Source of the DNA: Candidatus Bathyarchaeia archaeon
GTDB lineage: Archaea; Thermoproteota; Bathyarchaeia; Bathyarchaeales; Bathycorpusculaceae
Assembly (NCBI GenBank): GCA_050012255.1
Contig: JBEKHN010000001.1
Coordinates: forward strand, 1-64,000
Length of the DNA stretch: 64,000 bases
Direction of reading: 5' to 3'
The notes beneath the pieces are model-generated. The model was not told the DNA's origin. It saw only the letters and a list, made by a program, of their open reading frames with translations, and did not search any database. The translations under genes were made by a program, and so were the position numbers. Shown in pieces: positions 20,239-29,851 of this stretch. Position 1 is the stretch's first letter. Every line of letters starts with the position of its first letter.

Positions 20239-20811
20239 CTAAGCTGCCTTCAAGTTCTTTGCGTCCTTTTCGCGCAGCTCTTTCATCTTTGGAAGTGTTA
20301 TCTCAAGCACTCCGTTCTTGTACTGGGTTGAAACACCGTTCGTTGCAATGTGTCGGGTGGCCAAGTCTATGGTCTTGTAGAAGTTCTTAGCCTTGACTTC
20401 AATACAACCTTCCCTGAGATTTAGCTTTATGTCGTCCTTTTCAACGCCAAGCAACTCGACGTACACTTTTATCACACTATTTTCTTCGAAGATGTCAACC
20501 AGTGGCTCACGCATCTCCTTTAACGCAGTCTTCGGAACTTCGAAGGGCCTTTCACGCAACGGTCGTCTCTTCGAAGGCTTCAACGGTTCGCGTGGTTCCA
20601 GCGAATGAAGCGGCTCCTCTGTCCCGAAGCGGCCTCGAATTTCGAATCCCTTCATGTCAGGCTCATCGATTTGCTTTATCTCCCATAAGCCCTCGATTTC
20701 TCCGCTCCGGATTCTCCTCAACATCTTTTCCAGCTCGTTCTGAGACTTTCTCATCAGCTTGAAGATGTCGAAGTCTTCGAAAATATCGCCAAAGTCATCA
20801 TCAAACGACAA
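20239..20811 (-). CDS. Small heat shock protein (Hsp20)
   Basis: REPLVDIFEE and YKNGVLEITLPK alpha-crystallin motifs. Confidence 0.92.
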   Translation of the reverse strand: MSFDDDFGDIFEDFDIFKLMRKSQNELEKMLRRIRSGEIEGLWEIKQIDEPDMKGFEIRGRFGTEEPLHSLEPREPLKPSKRRPLRERPFEVPKTALKEMREPLVDIFEENSVIKVYVELLGVEKDDIKLNLREGCIEVKAKNFYKTIDLATRHIATNGVSTQYKNGVLEITLPKMKELREKDAKNLKAA

Positions 20812-20826
20812 GCTCTTTCACCTCCT

Positions 20827-21237
20827 TTAAAGTTGCTCCATTTCTTCCAGCGATTCTATCAGACGGCGCAAAGCCAGACTTATCATCATGAACGTCTCCC
20901 CGAACTCTGAACACACATACTTCCCTCTTCCAGTCTTCTCCAACAGGCCGCCCTTCTCGAGCTTCTTCGAGTTCTCCCAGACGATCTTAGGGTTTAGGTC
21001 CAGGTCCTGCATGAAATCTGCAAAACTCAACGTACGATCGTCTGCTCCAACAAGTCGCATCATCATTCTCAGCTGCGTCTCATGGGACAGAACATCAAAA
21101 ATGTTCGAGAACCTCTCAAAACTTTCCTCCGTCTCCTTCAGCTCTTCTTCCAAATCCTTCTTCGCCCAGTCCTCCGGCGAAAGGGGAACCTCGAACAGCG
21201 TTTCTCCGTCTCGCACTAATTGAAGTTTCAGCTTCAT
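20827..21237 (-). CDS. ArsR-like winged-helix regulator (putative heat-shock repressor)
   Basis: FDVLSHETQLRMM...KLEKGGLLEKTGRGKY winged helix; directly upstream of hsp20 on the same strand. Confidence 0.8.
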   Translation of the reverse strand: MKLKLQLVRDGETLFEVPLSPEDWAKKDLEEELKETEESFERFSNIFDVLSHETQLRMMMRLVGADDRTLSFADFMQDLDLNPKIVWENSKKLEKGGLLEKTGRGKYVCSEFGETFMMISLALRRLIESLEEMEQL

Positions 21238-21256
21238 CCGTGATTCGCTTCCTTTA

Positions 21257-21307
21257 TTACAAGACAGTAATTACCTTTAGGTAATATATAGGCTTACCTA
21301 TTGGTAA
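21257..21307 (-). promoter_or_regulatory. Three TTAC-N6-GTAA palindromic operators around a TATA box
   Basis: Boxes at 21257-21270, 21271-21284 and 21294-21307; TATATA at 21285-21290. Confidence 0.8.
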
Positions 21308-21495
21308 TATTGTTTCATGCCCACCGCCCGGACAACCAGAAGACGCGCGCGCGGGCCTTGAGCTTCATGCTCCCTGTTTTTCGAAGTAGCATCTTCAGTC
21401 GTTCAGATCATTTACCTCGGTGGCCGCTGACTTCCATGAACTCGCGGGCTGATGATGTTTTACAAAAGTTCGTACGCCAGCGCGCGCTAGTGTGT

Positions 21496-21909
21496 CTAGG
21501 GTCTCGGGTGTCTTCTTTCTGCTACAACGATGAAGTGCAAGGCGGCAACTATGATTATCACTCCGACGAAGACGAGGAAGAGCGCACCTAGGAGCTGTGC
21601 GTCGAAGCCTCCGACTATTGAGAAGTAGAGAGAAGCTCCGAATATTATGAGCACTAGTCCACCGATGAGCGGTCCCAAGAACATGCGCTCATGTTTCTCT
21701 GTTTTCTCCCACTTTTCCGCCTTTTCGCTTTTCTCAGCCTGTCTTCTCTGCCTTCTTTGCTCTCTTCTCTGCTCCCTCCATTTCCTCCGTTTTGTCCTCC
21801 AATCATCTCTCCGATCCGCGGGCTGTTCCATCCTCAGCGGTGCGCCACATTTTGGGCAGAAGACCATTTTCTCATCCACTTCTGAACCGCACTTTGGACA
21901 ACGGGGCAT
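21496..21909 (-). CDS. Zinc-ribbon domain membrane protein
   Basis: CPKC..CPKC, charged linker, two TM helices. Confidence 0.85.
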   Translation of the reverse strand: MPRCPKCGSEVDEKMVFCPKCGAPLRMEQPADRRDDWRTKRRKWREQRREQRRQRRQAEKSEKAEKWEKTEKHERMFLGPLIGGLVLIIFGASLYFSIVGGFDAQLLGALFLVFVGVIIIVAALHFIVVAERRHPRP

Positions 21910-22087
21910 AACCTTTCGCTCCTTTAATGCCTACGCCCCTTGTTCCCCTTTAAGCTTGTGACAAGTCGAGTTAGATAGGCACAACGAACACTCTAGCATA
22001 ATGGTCCGCAAAAAAGTGATAGGCGGAAAATCTACTCTGCGAAAAGGAAATACTTCTTAAAGGTAGTCCAGCATCTAGGTTCTGGGA

Positions 22088-22276
22088 ATGCGCTTGCCAA
22101 GGTCTAAGTTAAGACCAGATGAAAGGGTGAACGCGGCAGTCTACATGTCGGACTTATGCTTGAACGTCTGCGCTGGTTCCATCAAAGATCAAGACTGCAA
22201 GATCACTGAAGAAGAACTTATGAAACGTGTGAGAGAACGAATCAGTTTTGGCAGGAGACGTTATCGCGAGGTTTAG
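22088..22276 (+). CDS. Small protein, putative partner/antitoxin of the downstream nucleotidyltransferase
   Basis: 62-aa ORF tightly coupled to the next gene. Confidence 0.55.
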   Translation: MRLPRSKLRPDERVNAAVYMSDLCLNVCAGSIKDQDCKITEEELMKRVRERISFGRRRYREV

Positions 22277-22279
22277 AAT

Positions 22280-22837
22280 CTGGAGACTTTTGAAGGATTT
22301 ATCAGAAGAATTGTGAAGAGCTTCAATCTTGCAGGGATAGATTATATGTTCACCGGAGCTTTGGCAGCGAGTTATTATGGTACGCCTCGCACTACGATGG
22401 ACGCAGATGTTATTGTCAGGATTTCATTAGAAGGTAGGAGCCGAAGCGAGTTTGAGTCCGCATTGAAGGAAGCAGGAGTGAATGTTGAAAAGCGCAGGAT
22501 CGACACGGCATTTAAATCCAGATTTAAGATAGCTACGTTCAAGGACAGCAGATCGCCGTTCACAGTCGACACGATTTTCTCAGGAAGGAAGTTGAACAAG
22601 AGACCGGGCACTATCCTGCGTCTACCAACGTTCTACCAGATCCCTGAAGAACTGATTTTGGCAAAGCTCCGTATGATAAAAGCAACGATTCCTAGGGAAA
22701 GAGCTTTCAAAGACATGGAAGACGTGAAAGCCATCTTGAAGTTCACCGAAGTAGATCTCAATGCCCTCAAGAGAAAGGCACGCATAAGCAACATGCTATC
22801 AATACTTGAAGACATAGTCATGGAAACAAAAGGCTAG
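22280..22837 (+). CDS. Nucleotidyltransferase (DUF6036-like)
   Basis: TGALAASYYGTPRTTMDAD, EELILAKL and KDMED motifs; probable CTG start at 22280. Confidence 0.8.
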   Translation: METFEGFIRRIVKSFNLAGIDYMFTGALAASYYGTPRTTMDADVIVRISLEGRSRSEFESALKEAGVNVEKRRIDTAFKSRFKIATFKDSRSPFTVDTIFSGRKLNKRPGTILRLPTFYQIPEELILAKLRMIKATIPRERAFKDMEDVKAILKFTEVDLNALKRKARISNMLSILEDIVMETKG

Positions 22838-22934
22838 AACGAGCAAACATGTGTTCGCGTGATCCAATAAATGAGCACGATTTCAATTGCAGAGTGGCTC
22901 ACGTGTTGGCTGTAACACAGCAAAAAGTCCATTG

Positions 22935-22967
22935 TGGTGCCGAGGGCCGGGTTTGAACCCGAGACAA
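22935..22967 (-). repeat. Outer att-like duplicate of the tRNA-Phe 3' end
   Basis: 22937-22959 is identical to 35536-35558 (23 bp); partial match continues to 22967; carries CCA. Confidence 0.92.
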
Positions 22968-23230
22968 GTAGAGACATCACTCGCGACTCCTCTTTCTTTG
23001 TGAACATTAGTAGCTCGCAACAACCTGCAGTCCGCCTATGGGAACCGAAGAAGAAGAGGCAGGGATTAGACTATTTCGGGCATTCGTTACTGAGCGAGTC
23101 GCGCCAGTTCGGTCGCTTGATCAGCAAAAAGGTTTTGCCTGTCTATGTTACCTGATGTGGACCGCGTAATAGTCTATTTTTCCGTGGTGCAAAAATCAAG
23201 AATATCGTGTGCGATGGTAAGTCTGAAAAG

Positions 23231-23650
23231 TCAAGTCTTCAGAAGCCTCGACCTTATGATTTTGGTGGCCTTCTCATGCAGCTTTCGGTCGGCAGTATAG
23301 AGCGTTGCATCTGTCTTGTGTGCCGCAGCTATGTAGAGTGCATCATATACAGCCATGTTGTGGTTCAGGGAAATGTCGAAAGCTTCTTCGGTCAGCTCGC
23401 GCGCTGTAAAGACAGGTAGACGGTCGTAGACCTTTTTGAGATCTTGGATCGCTGCTTTTCCATCTTCAATGCTGAGGTCCTTGTGGAGATTCGTGTGTTT
23501 CCATATTGCATTCAAGCATTCAGCCATGGCCAAATCGACAGTGTGGAGACCGCTACCTCTCTTCAAGAGCGTTGCAACGCTCGTCGCAGCTTCCTTGGAA
23601 CCAAGTTCGTTAACGACAATCTTCACCAGAATTGTGGAATCCAAGATCAT
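23231..23650 (-). CDS. vapC: VapC PIN-domain toxin
   Basis: MILDST, E, VYDALY and LYTAD PIN motifs. Confidence 0.93.
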   Translation of the reverse strand: MILDSTILVKIVVNELGSKEAATSVATLLKRGSGLHTVDLAMAECLNAIWKHTNLHKDLSIEDGKAAIQDLKKVYDRLPVFTARELTEEAFDISLNHNMAVYDALYIAAAHKTDATLYTADRKLHEKATKIIRSRLLKT

Positions 23651-23868
23651 TCCTGGCGTTCTCGGTCCTCCCTAATGAGTCTCGTCGAGTCCGTCCTTGT
23701 CTTTCTTTTTTCTGCCCTCGACTCTATCTCCTCAAGTGCCCTCAAAAGTTCAAGTTGACTGACTCGCTCCTCAATGAATCTTCTAACCTCTTCACTCCAC
23801 TTCACTGGATTCTGTTTCATTTTTTCTTTCAGCTCACGCGGCAGTCGCACAGTTATTGTTTCCGACAT
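23647..23868 (-). CDS. vapB: VapB ribbon-helix-helix antitoxin
   Basis: TITVRLPRELKEKM..WSEEVR..LIREDR; ATGA overlap with vapC. Confidence 0.9.
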   Translation of the reverse strand: MSETITVRLPRELKEKMKQNPVKWSEEVRRFIEERVSQLELLRALEEIESRAEKRKTRTDSTRLIREDRERQE

Positions 23869-24023
23869 GTGCACATCTCATGCTACTTGTTGTCGTACAG
23901 ACTTAAATAGCATTTTGTCACACATATTACTTCATCACCGAAGCTCTTAGACCTGGAGAGCAGAACCTTCAGGCTTTACTCAAAAAAACAGACTATCGAA
24001 GGCTAATCCAAAATCAATAGTTA

Positions 24024-24063
24024 TGGTGCCGAGGGCTAGATTCACACGAGCGTTTAAACCGTC
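24024..24063. repeat. Cassette-boundary repeat, copy 1
   Basis: TG-GTGCCGAGGGCTAGATTCACACGAGCGTTTAAACCGTC. Confidence 0.92.
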
Positions 24064-24118
24064 ATTTCAGTTTTCACACGTTTCTTGTCTAATTCTGGTT
24101 CTTTGTAAGCAAAATAGT

Positions 24119-24189
24119 GTTTGCCAAAATAACTTTAAAGGTGAACGGATATCTTTAAGTAGTTTGCCAAACAATAATAAAAGGTGAAC
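24119..24189 (+). promoter_or_regulatory. Two 28-bp imperfect inverted-repeat operators flanking a TATA box
   Basis: GTTTGCCAAA-N8-AAAGGTGAAC at 24119-24146 and 24162-24189, with TTTAAGTA between them. Confidence 0.8.
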
Positions 24190-24193
24190 ATCA

Positions 24194-24907
24194 ATGCCCC
24201 AATACTTGACAGAGTTTAATGAGAAATTGAGGCCGTTCAAAGGGAGTTTGGTTAGAGTAAAGTCTGTAAAAAGCATCGAGCCAAATGCCAAGGAATACTT
24301 GAACAAGTTGTCCAAGGAAGGCTTGATTGAACGGATCAAGTGGGGTTGGTATTGGGTTCCTGCTATGATCAAAGACGTTTGGGAGTTTTTGGAGAAAGAC
24401 AAGAGCTTTAAAGTAGTCTCCGCCCAAACCGCGGCATCATTCTGGAATAACGACTTTGTTCACAGAGATGTTTACGTCTTGAAGGTCAAAGAAAAGTCGT
24501 ATGGAAAGGCATTGAAAGAGTTCGCAAGAAAAAAGGGCTGGAGCATTGAAGTCGAATACTTGAAGAACCCTGCTAAGATCAAGTACAGGAAAGTCGGAAA
24601 CTTGCTCGTTGAGGACATCGAGGAAAATGTAATTGCGTGTTTGCAAAACTGGGCTTTCACAGACGCATTTGCCACTTTGTATGAAAACAGAGGCAAGATC
24701 AACTTGAACAGATTGTACAAAGAGTCTTATTGGAAGAGGATTTCCAAGACGAACGTTAGGGCCAAACAGGCCTTGGAGTACGGCTTCCATCAGTTGGGCG
24801 AATTAAGCGGCAAGGTAGAATTTCCACACAGAGAAACCAAATTGGAAGATGACTTCGTTAAAAGAGAAATCGATGAAGCCATTGAGAAGGTTGTTGAACT
24901 TGGTTAA
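24194..24907 (+). CDS. AbiEi-like winged-helix antitoxin/regulator
   Basis: LNKLSKEGLIERIKWGWY winged-helix wing; coupled to a nucleotidyltransferase gene. Confidence 0.7.
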   Translation: MPQYLTEFNEKLRPFKGSLVRVKSVKSIEPNAKEYLNKLSKEGLIERIKWGWYWVPAMIKDVWEFLEKDKSFKVVSAQTAASFWNNDFVHRDVYVLKVKEKSYGKALKEFARKKGWSIEVEYLKNPAKIKYRKVGNLLVEDIEENVIACLQNWAFTDAFATLYENRGKINLNRLYKESYWKRISKTNVRAKQALEYGFHQLGELSGKVEFPHRETKLEDDFVKREIDEAIEKVVELG

Positions 24908-25637
24908 GCACTCTGAAATAATGAACCTGAGAGAGGAAGAAATCAGAAGAATAATCGAGCAGTTGTCCAAGCAGACCGACGGATTTGAAAATCCGAAAAT
25001 AGTTATGATTGGCGGTTATGCCCTCAGAGCGTTTACGTCACTCTCGCGATACACAAGAGATTGCGATTTTGCCCTAAAGAAATCAGACGGTTGGAATCTG
25101 GACAGAATGCAAAAGTTGCTGCCTAAGGTTTTGAGTACAGAAGTTCTTGAGAAAAGAGATAGCTACGGTTTTCTGAGGTGCATTAAGCTTCTAAAGGTGA
25201 ATGGCCGAAGCGTTAAAATCTCAATTGATTTCATGGAAGGAGAAGTGCGCGGAAGAACCGAAGAACAAGTATTCTTCATAACTGAAAAATTCTTACGGAG
25301 GGCCAAGAAAGTGAAGATTCCCATTGCCGAAGAAATGATTGAAATCTACATTCCTGATTACGCTGACTACATGATTCTTAAGATGATGTCTGCAAGACCC
25401 AGCGACATAAGAGACATAGCCACATTAATCTGGAAAAATGGCGCCCCAGACGATATCGAGCAAAGAGCCAAGAAGACGCTAGCCGACCCAGAGATACTGA
25501 AGAAAAACCTAAGACTCATAATCACAGATATTTCCGACAAACGATTTTTGGATTCATGGAAGGGAACATTCGTAACAACAGAATTCACAGAAAAAATAAG
25601 GGAGCAAGTTCTGAAAGAGTTGAAGAAACTATTATGA
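24900..25637 (+). CDS. AbiEii-like nucleotidyltransferase toxin
   Basis: IGGYAL, SRYTRDCDF and K...R.SDIRDI motifs; TTG start at 24900. Confidence 0.8.
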   Translation: MVKHSEIMNLREEEIRRIIEQLSKQTDGFENPKIVMIGGYALRAFTSLSRYTRDCDFALKKSDGWNLDRMQKLLPKVLSTEVLEKRDSYGFLRCIKLLKVNGRSVKISIDFMEGEVRGRTEEQVFFITEKFLRRAKKVKIPIAEEMIEIYIPDYADYMILKMMSARPSDIRDIATLIWKNGAPDDIEQRAKKTLADPEILKKNLRLIITDISDKRFLDSWKGTFVTTEFTEKIREQVLKELKKLL

Positions 25638-25731
25638 CTTGGCGAAAATTCTTGGAGTCTCCAACAAATGCCCACAAAAGACGTTCAACCTATGCCTAGG
25701 CAGCTAAAATAAGCTCGAAGTAAACTTGAAA

Positions 25732-25769
25732 GTGCCGAGGGCTAGCTTCACAGGAGCGTTTACACCGTC
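25732..25769. repeat. Cassette-boundary repeat, copy 2
   Basis: GTGCCGAGGGCTAGCTTCACAGGAGCGTTTACACCGTC. Confidence 0.92.
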
Positions 25770-25867
25770 GTTAAACGTTTACTTGTTATTGTTAAAGTGT
25801 TTACAATTGTCTCGACCTGCATAACAGAGATGAAATGTATTTAAATTTCGGAAGCCATATCTCGATT

Positions 25868-26194
25868 ATGAATTGTCCATTTTGCAAAGTTCCCATGACA
25901 AAAGGATACTTATCTCTACTGGGCGACGGTTCAGCGCTGTATTTTTGTGAAGAAAGGATTTCCTACACGACAGGGAGACGGGGTAAGAAGAAGGAAGCTG
26001 TTCTGGAAGGTGGTGCATTTGGGTTGGCTTGGGAAGAAGATTATTCTAGAACGGCTTACAAATGTAACGAATGCAACGCGATCGTTCTTGAGGGAAAACC
26101 GAAACCCGCCTACATTGATGCTGCTAGGGCTGCTGAAGCCGAAACTGACAAAGAAAATTTGAAGGACAGAATTCGTCAGACATGCAGATTTTAG
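25868..26194 (+). CDS. Small zinc-ribbon protein (DUF6487-like)
   Basis: MNCPFCKVPMTKGYL...AYKCNECNAIV. Confidence 0.7.
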   Translation: MNCPFCKVPMTKGYLSLLGDGSALYFCEERISYTTGRRGKKKEAVLEGGAFGLAWEEDYSRTAYKCNECNAIVLEGKPKPAYIDAARAAEAETDKENLKDRIRQTCRF

Positions 26195-26576
26195 TTTTCT
26201 AAATGGGAGACTGAAGTGTATTGGTTGCGTTACCTCGTAAGAAATGGACAATGAATTTGAAGTGCGTGCTTAGCCAGAAAACTGAGGTGTATGCTGTTGG
26301 ATCTCTACAGCATGATCTTCAGGGGCCTGAGCAACTAAGACAGTGTGTGATGAAATCAACAGTTTGGTTTCCGATTCAATATGGACTCAGATTTCATTGG
26401 CTGCAAAATCTCTTCATGATTCTCGATGAACTGACTCGATCAGAATTGAGTTGACTGAGAAGGTGAAGCCGTGACAAAAGAGGACCAGAATGAACACTTT
26501 TAGCAACGTTCTGTACTAATCGAATTGCCTTTTTTACCTCAAAAAGGGAGATAGTTCCTGAACCATCGGAGATTTC

Positions 26577-29500
26577 CTAGCCAAATTGGAGGTTTTGTAT
26601 GCGGCTGTTGTAGGTGGTGGTTCCCCAGTAGAACGTGGATGTTGTCCAGTTGTAAGGCCTGATGTAGTAGGCGTAGGTGTAGTAGTAGGCTGTCCAGGTT
26701 GTTGCTTGGAGCGTGGTGGCTTGAAGCTGCTCGGTTGTGAAGGTTGCGCACAGGGTCCAGCCTGACCCGCCGACTTGAACGTAGACGCGTATGACGAGGG
26801 AGTCTGTCTGCTGCAAGCCTGCTTGGGCCACTGAGACCGTGCCGCCCTGAATGCCCGACCCGCTGCTTCTCCAAACCACAGCCTTCGGCGTTCCCGTTTG
26901 ACCGTCAAGGCTTATCTCCTGTTCAACGCCGTTCGAGTGACGGACCCAGGCTCTTATGCCCCAAGAGGCTCCGTATCCGCTTCCGGACTGTGTGACGTAG
27001 GCGCTGCTGGTTGACTCTGGAATGTTGAGTTTGTAGGCGTTTAGGCCGTTTATGGTTTGGGTGTCGCTGCGCATGTACCGGCCGTAATAGACGTTTACGG
27101 AGCCGCTTGACACGCTACAGGCTATGGGCTGGGCTGTGCTGTTTCCGAGCTTGACGTCGGTCAGTGTCAGAGAGGTTGTTCCCGGCTGCAACGCCTGGAA
27201 CGTGAGCGTTGCCATGTTCATTGAACCGTTGAAGGATGGTGCCGGGTAAGTGGCGGCTTGAGCCATCCAATAGCGCGCGCACGTAGCGTTATATGTGGGT
27301 TGTAGGCCTGCACCGAAGTTCTGCGTGTTGTTCTGCCACTCAGTCGGAGTTTGGACAACGGCGTTCGTACAGTTTAGCAAATTACTGTTCCAGTAGAGCT
27401 TGAACTCCCAGCCGGAAAGATCATTGACGTTCGTGATCGTCACGCTAACCGCAAACGTTTCACCCTTAAACACTGTGAGCTGACTCGGGTTTACGGCTAC
27501 GGCTGCGCCTGCGTTAAGCATGGTGTTTGCCCCCATCGCAGGTGTGCCAATCTGGCTGCTTTGTCCCGAGGCGCCTCCGACCGAGTGTCCAAAGCTGCCT
27601 GCTAAGAGTATAGCGTCGTAAATGTCTACGCAGTTGTCGTTGTTCATGTCGGCGCTCGCGTTCCAGTTTGGATTTCCTGGACAGCTGTTGAAGGCTTTTG
27701 CAAAAAGTATAGCATCGTAAATGTCAACGCTTTCGTCAAGGTTTATGTCACCTGTGAGGCTGCTTAACGAGCACGAGTACACGCCTGAATGGGATATTGA
27801 ATTAGAATCTGAACCAGGGTAGATCCTGATGTACCATGGTCCAAATAAGTTGCCGTACGTCTTCACGTGTTCTGTCTGACCGGCTGGGTTGTTAGACGAA
27901 GCAACGAGCCCATCGAGCCCGCTCGAATTGTAGAGTCGGACGTCGAAATCTACGTAATTCGGCGGAGTCATATCAAAGTAAATGCCCTTCTTGTTGCTGT
28001 CGCTGAAGTTGAAAGTGTACCAGTCCTCAGGGTCAGGGTCTTGGCCATAAAGATACCCGTGGAAGACCGCATTAGGCGTTGCATAAGTTGCAGTTGCGAG
28101 CGTGTTGCCTGCATCGCCTTCATGTCCAGCATCATTTTGGCCAGCGCCATCGAACCACACCGAAATCTGCAGCGTATCATCAACGGAGAGTGGAGGTGGG
28201 TACGCGTTATACCAATTAGCAGTCGCGTTGACCCTGTAGTGAAGAGGCAGGGTTCTCCATCCGTATCTGCCTGTGACTGGTATTTTGACTGTCACTTTTT
28301 GAAAAGTAATGAATTCGCTGTAGGTTGTGCTGCCATTTGTAGTCACCGTGTTGTGCGGTGCGTAAATATACTCAGAGTAATGGTCGAAACTATCGATTCC
28401 TCCCCAATAGTTTTGGCACTGATAACTTGCCCATTGAGCAGCAAGTCTGACTCCGCCCAAGCCCCAAAGGATGTAACGCGCGATCATCGCGTTTGCGCTC
28501 GTACCCAGAAGGCCAGGCACGCCCAAGAACCACATTAGACCGAGAGCCAAGAAGGTTATCAGCGGGAAAACGCCCGATCCAAACCCGTTCAGCGTATCTC
28601 CGTAACCTTTTCCCTCTCTAGAGTCACTCATTTTGGCATTGGTCCAGACATCCTGCCAGTTCCACTCGTTATTAGTAGGTTCTACCAAGAAATAGGCTGA
28701 CTGATACGTGGCCCATAGGCCGCCACCACTCTGAATTGCCCCGTAAATAGGAAACACCAAGTCCATTGCCAAATTAGATGACTGATCAGTGTAGTACACA
28801 TTTGATATCAGTGGTTGCACTGCTAGTGTCCCATTTTGGATAGTGAGAACACCTACAGGATTTGAATATGCATCAAATTTTCCTTGAAAATTCCAGCTCT
28901 CCAAGCATGCCGCTGCAGCAGTTCCGATGAGGCCTTTCAAATAATCGCCAGAATGAGTGCCGTCAGTGAAGTTGCTGCCAATGCCCAGATGCACGTAAGT
29001 TCCAGGCCCGTTGCTACTCATGGATCTCTGGTTGACATTCGAGAAAGGCACTACTGCACCTGGCCAGTAGTTCTTTCCAGTGTCTGGGTCGGTGTAGTAA
29101 AATAGGGGAAAAGCATTGTATTCTCCGAACTGGTCGTTTCTGAGCGGATTTCCCACAGGTGCCTCAAACGCAGCATTAAGCTGCCAACTGGTCCTAGGCT
29201 CGGCATCGTAATCGGCAAATGTCGTCGTCGGGTGATGGATTACACCAATTGGGGTGAGAAGATCCGCATCCTGAATTCCTATAGTGCTCATGAGCCTCCT
29301 GAAACCTGCGCCAATCGTTGTTCCATTACCTGAGACCTCAGTCCAGTCGCCCTCGTTTGTTCCGTTTTCATAATAGACTTTGTGAAATGTGTATCCGCCG
29401 CAATGGATCCACGAGAGTCTGCGAGTCGACATGGACTCTGAGATCTTGTCAACCCATGCTGTTTTGTTATAAGTGTTTGGGACTGGCAGATAGGCTCCAT

Positions 29501-29851
29501 GAGTGTTTACGATTATTGAACCAACAGTGCTCTCGACAATTTCTCGGTATCTGCTCCATGTTGTAACTGCTTCTGGCGTTACCTGGTACCAAGGACTGTA
29601 GTCCACATTCCGTTTCGGATGAGCCCTAGGACCATTAAACTGTATGTAGTTACCCGTCGGCAGACATGCGTTGATCGCACCAATTCGGATCTGGTCTTGG
29701 TTGATTACTCCGTCGGTTGGCACAGTGCTCAATTCAAGTATGTAGACGTTCGCTTCGCCAGAAGAAGCCTTAGCCTCGAAAACAAAGGAAAAGAAAGGAG
29801 CAAAACAGGCAGAAGAATTAGCGCAACCAACAAAATACATTCTGTTTTCAT
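26577..29851 (-). CDS. Large secreted multidomain protein (PPC-like, dockerin and cohesin domains), apparently frameshifted in its signal peptide
   Basis: DPEDWYTF/DFDVRLY PPC-like domain; GDINLDESVDIYDAIL/ADMNNDNCVDIYDAIL dockerin; GETFAVSVTITNVNDLSGWEFKLYWN cohesin; signal peptide in a different frame from ATG 29851. Confidence 0.8.

Noticed and set aside
22934-23155. 73-aa ORF beginning MVPRAGFEP
   Set aside because: It is a translation of the antisense tRNA fragment, a common spurious ORF.
26200-26560. Possible integrase remnant or small ORFs inside the island
   Set aside because: No tyrosine-recombinase R-H-R-Y motifs are recognisable in the short ORFs.
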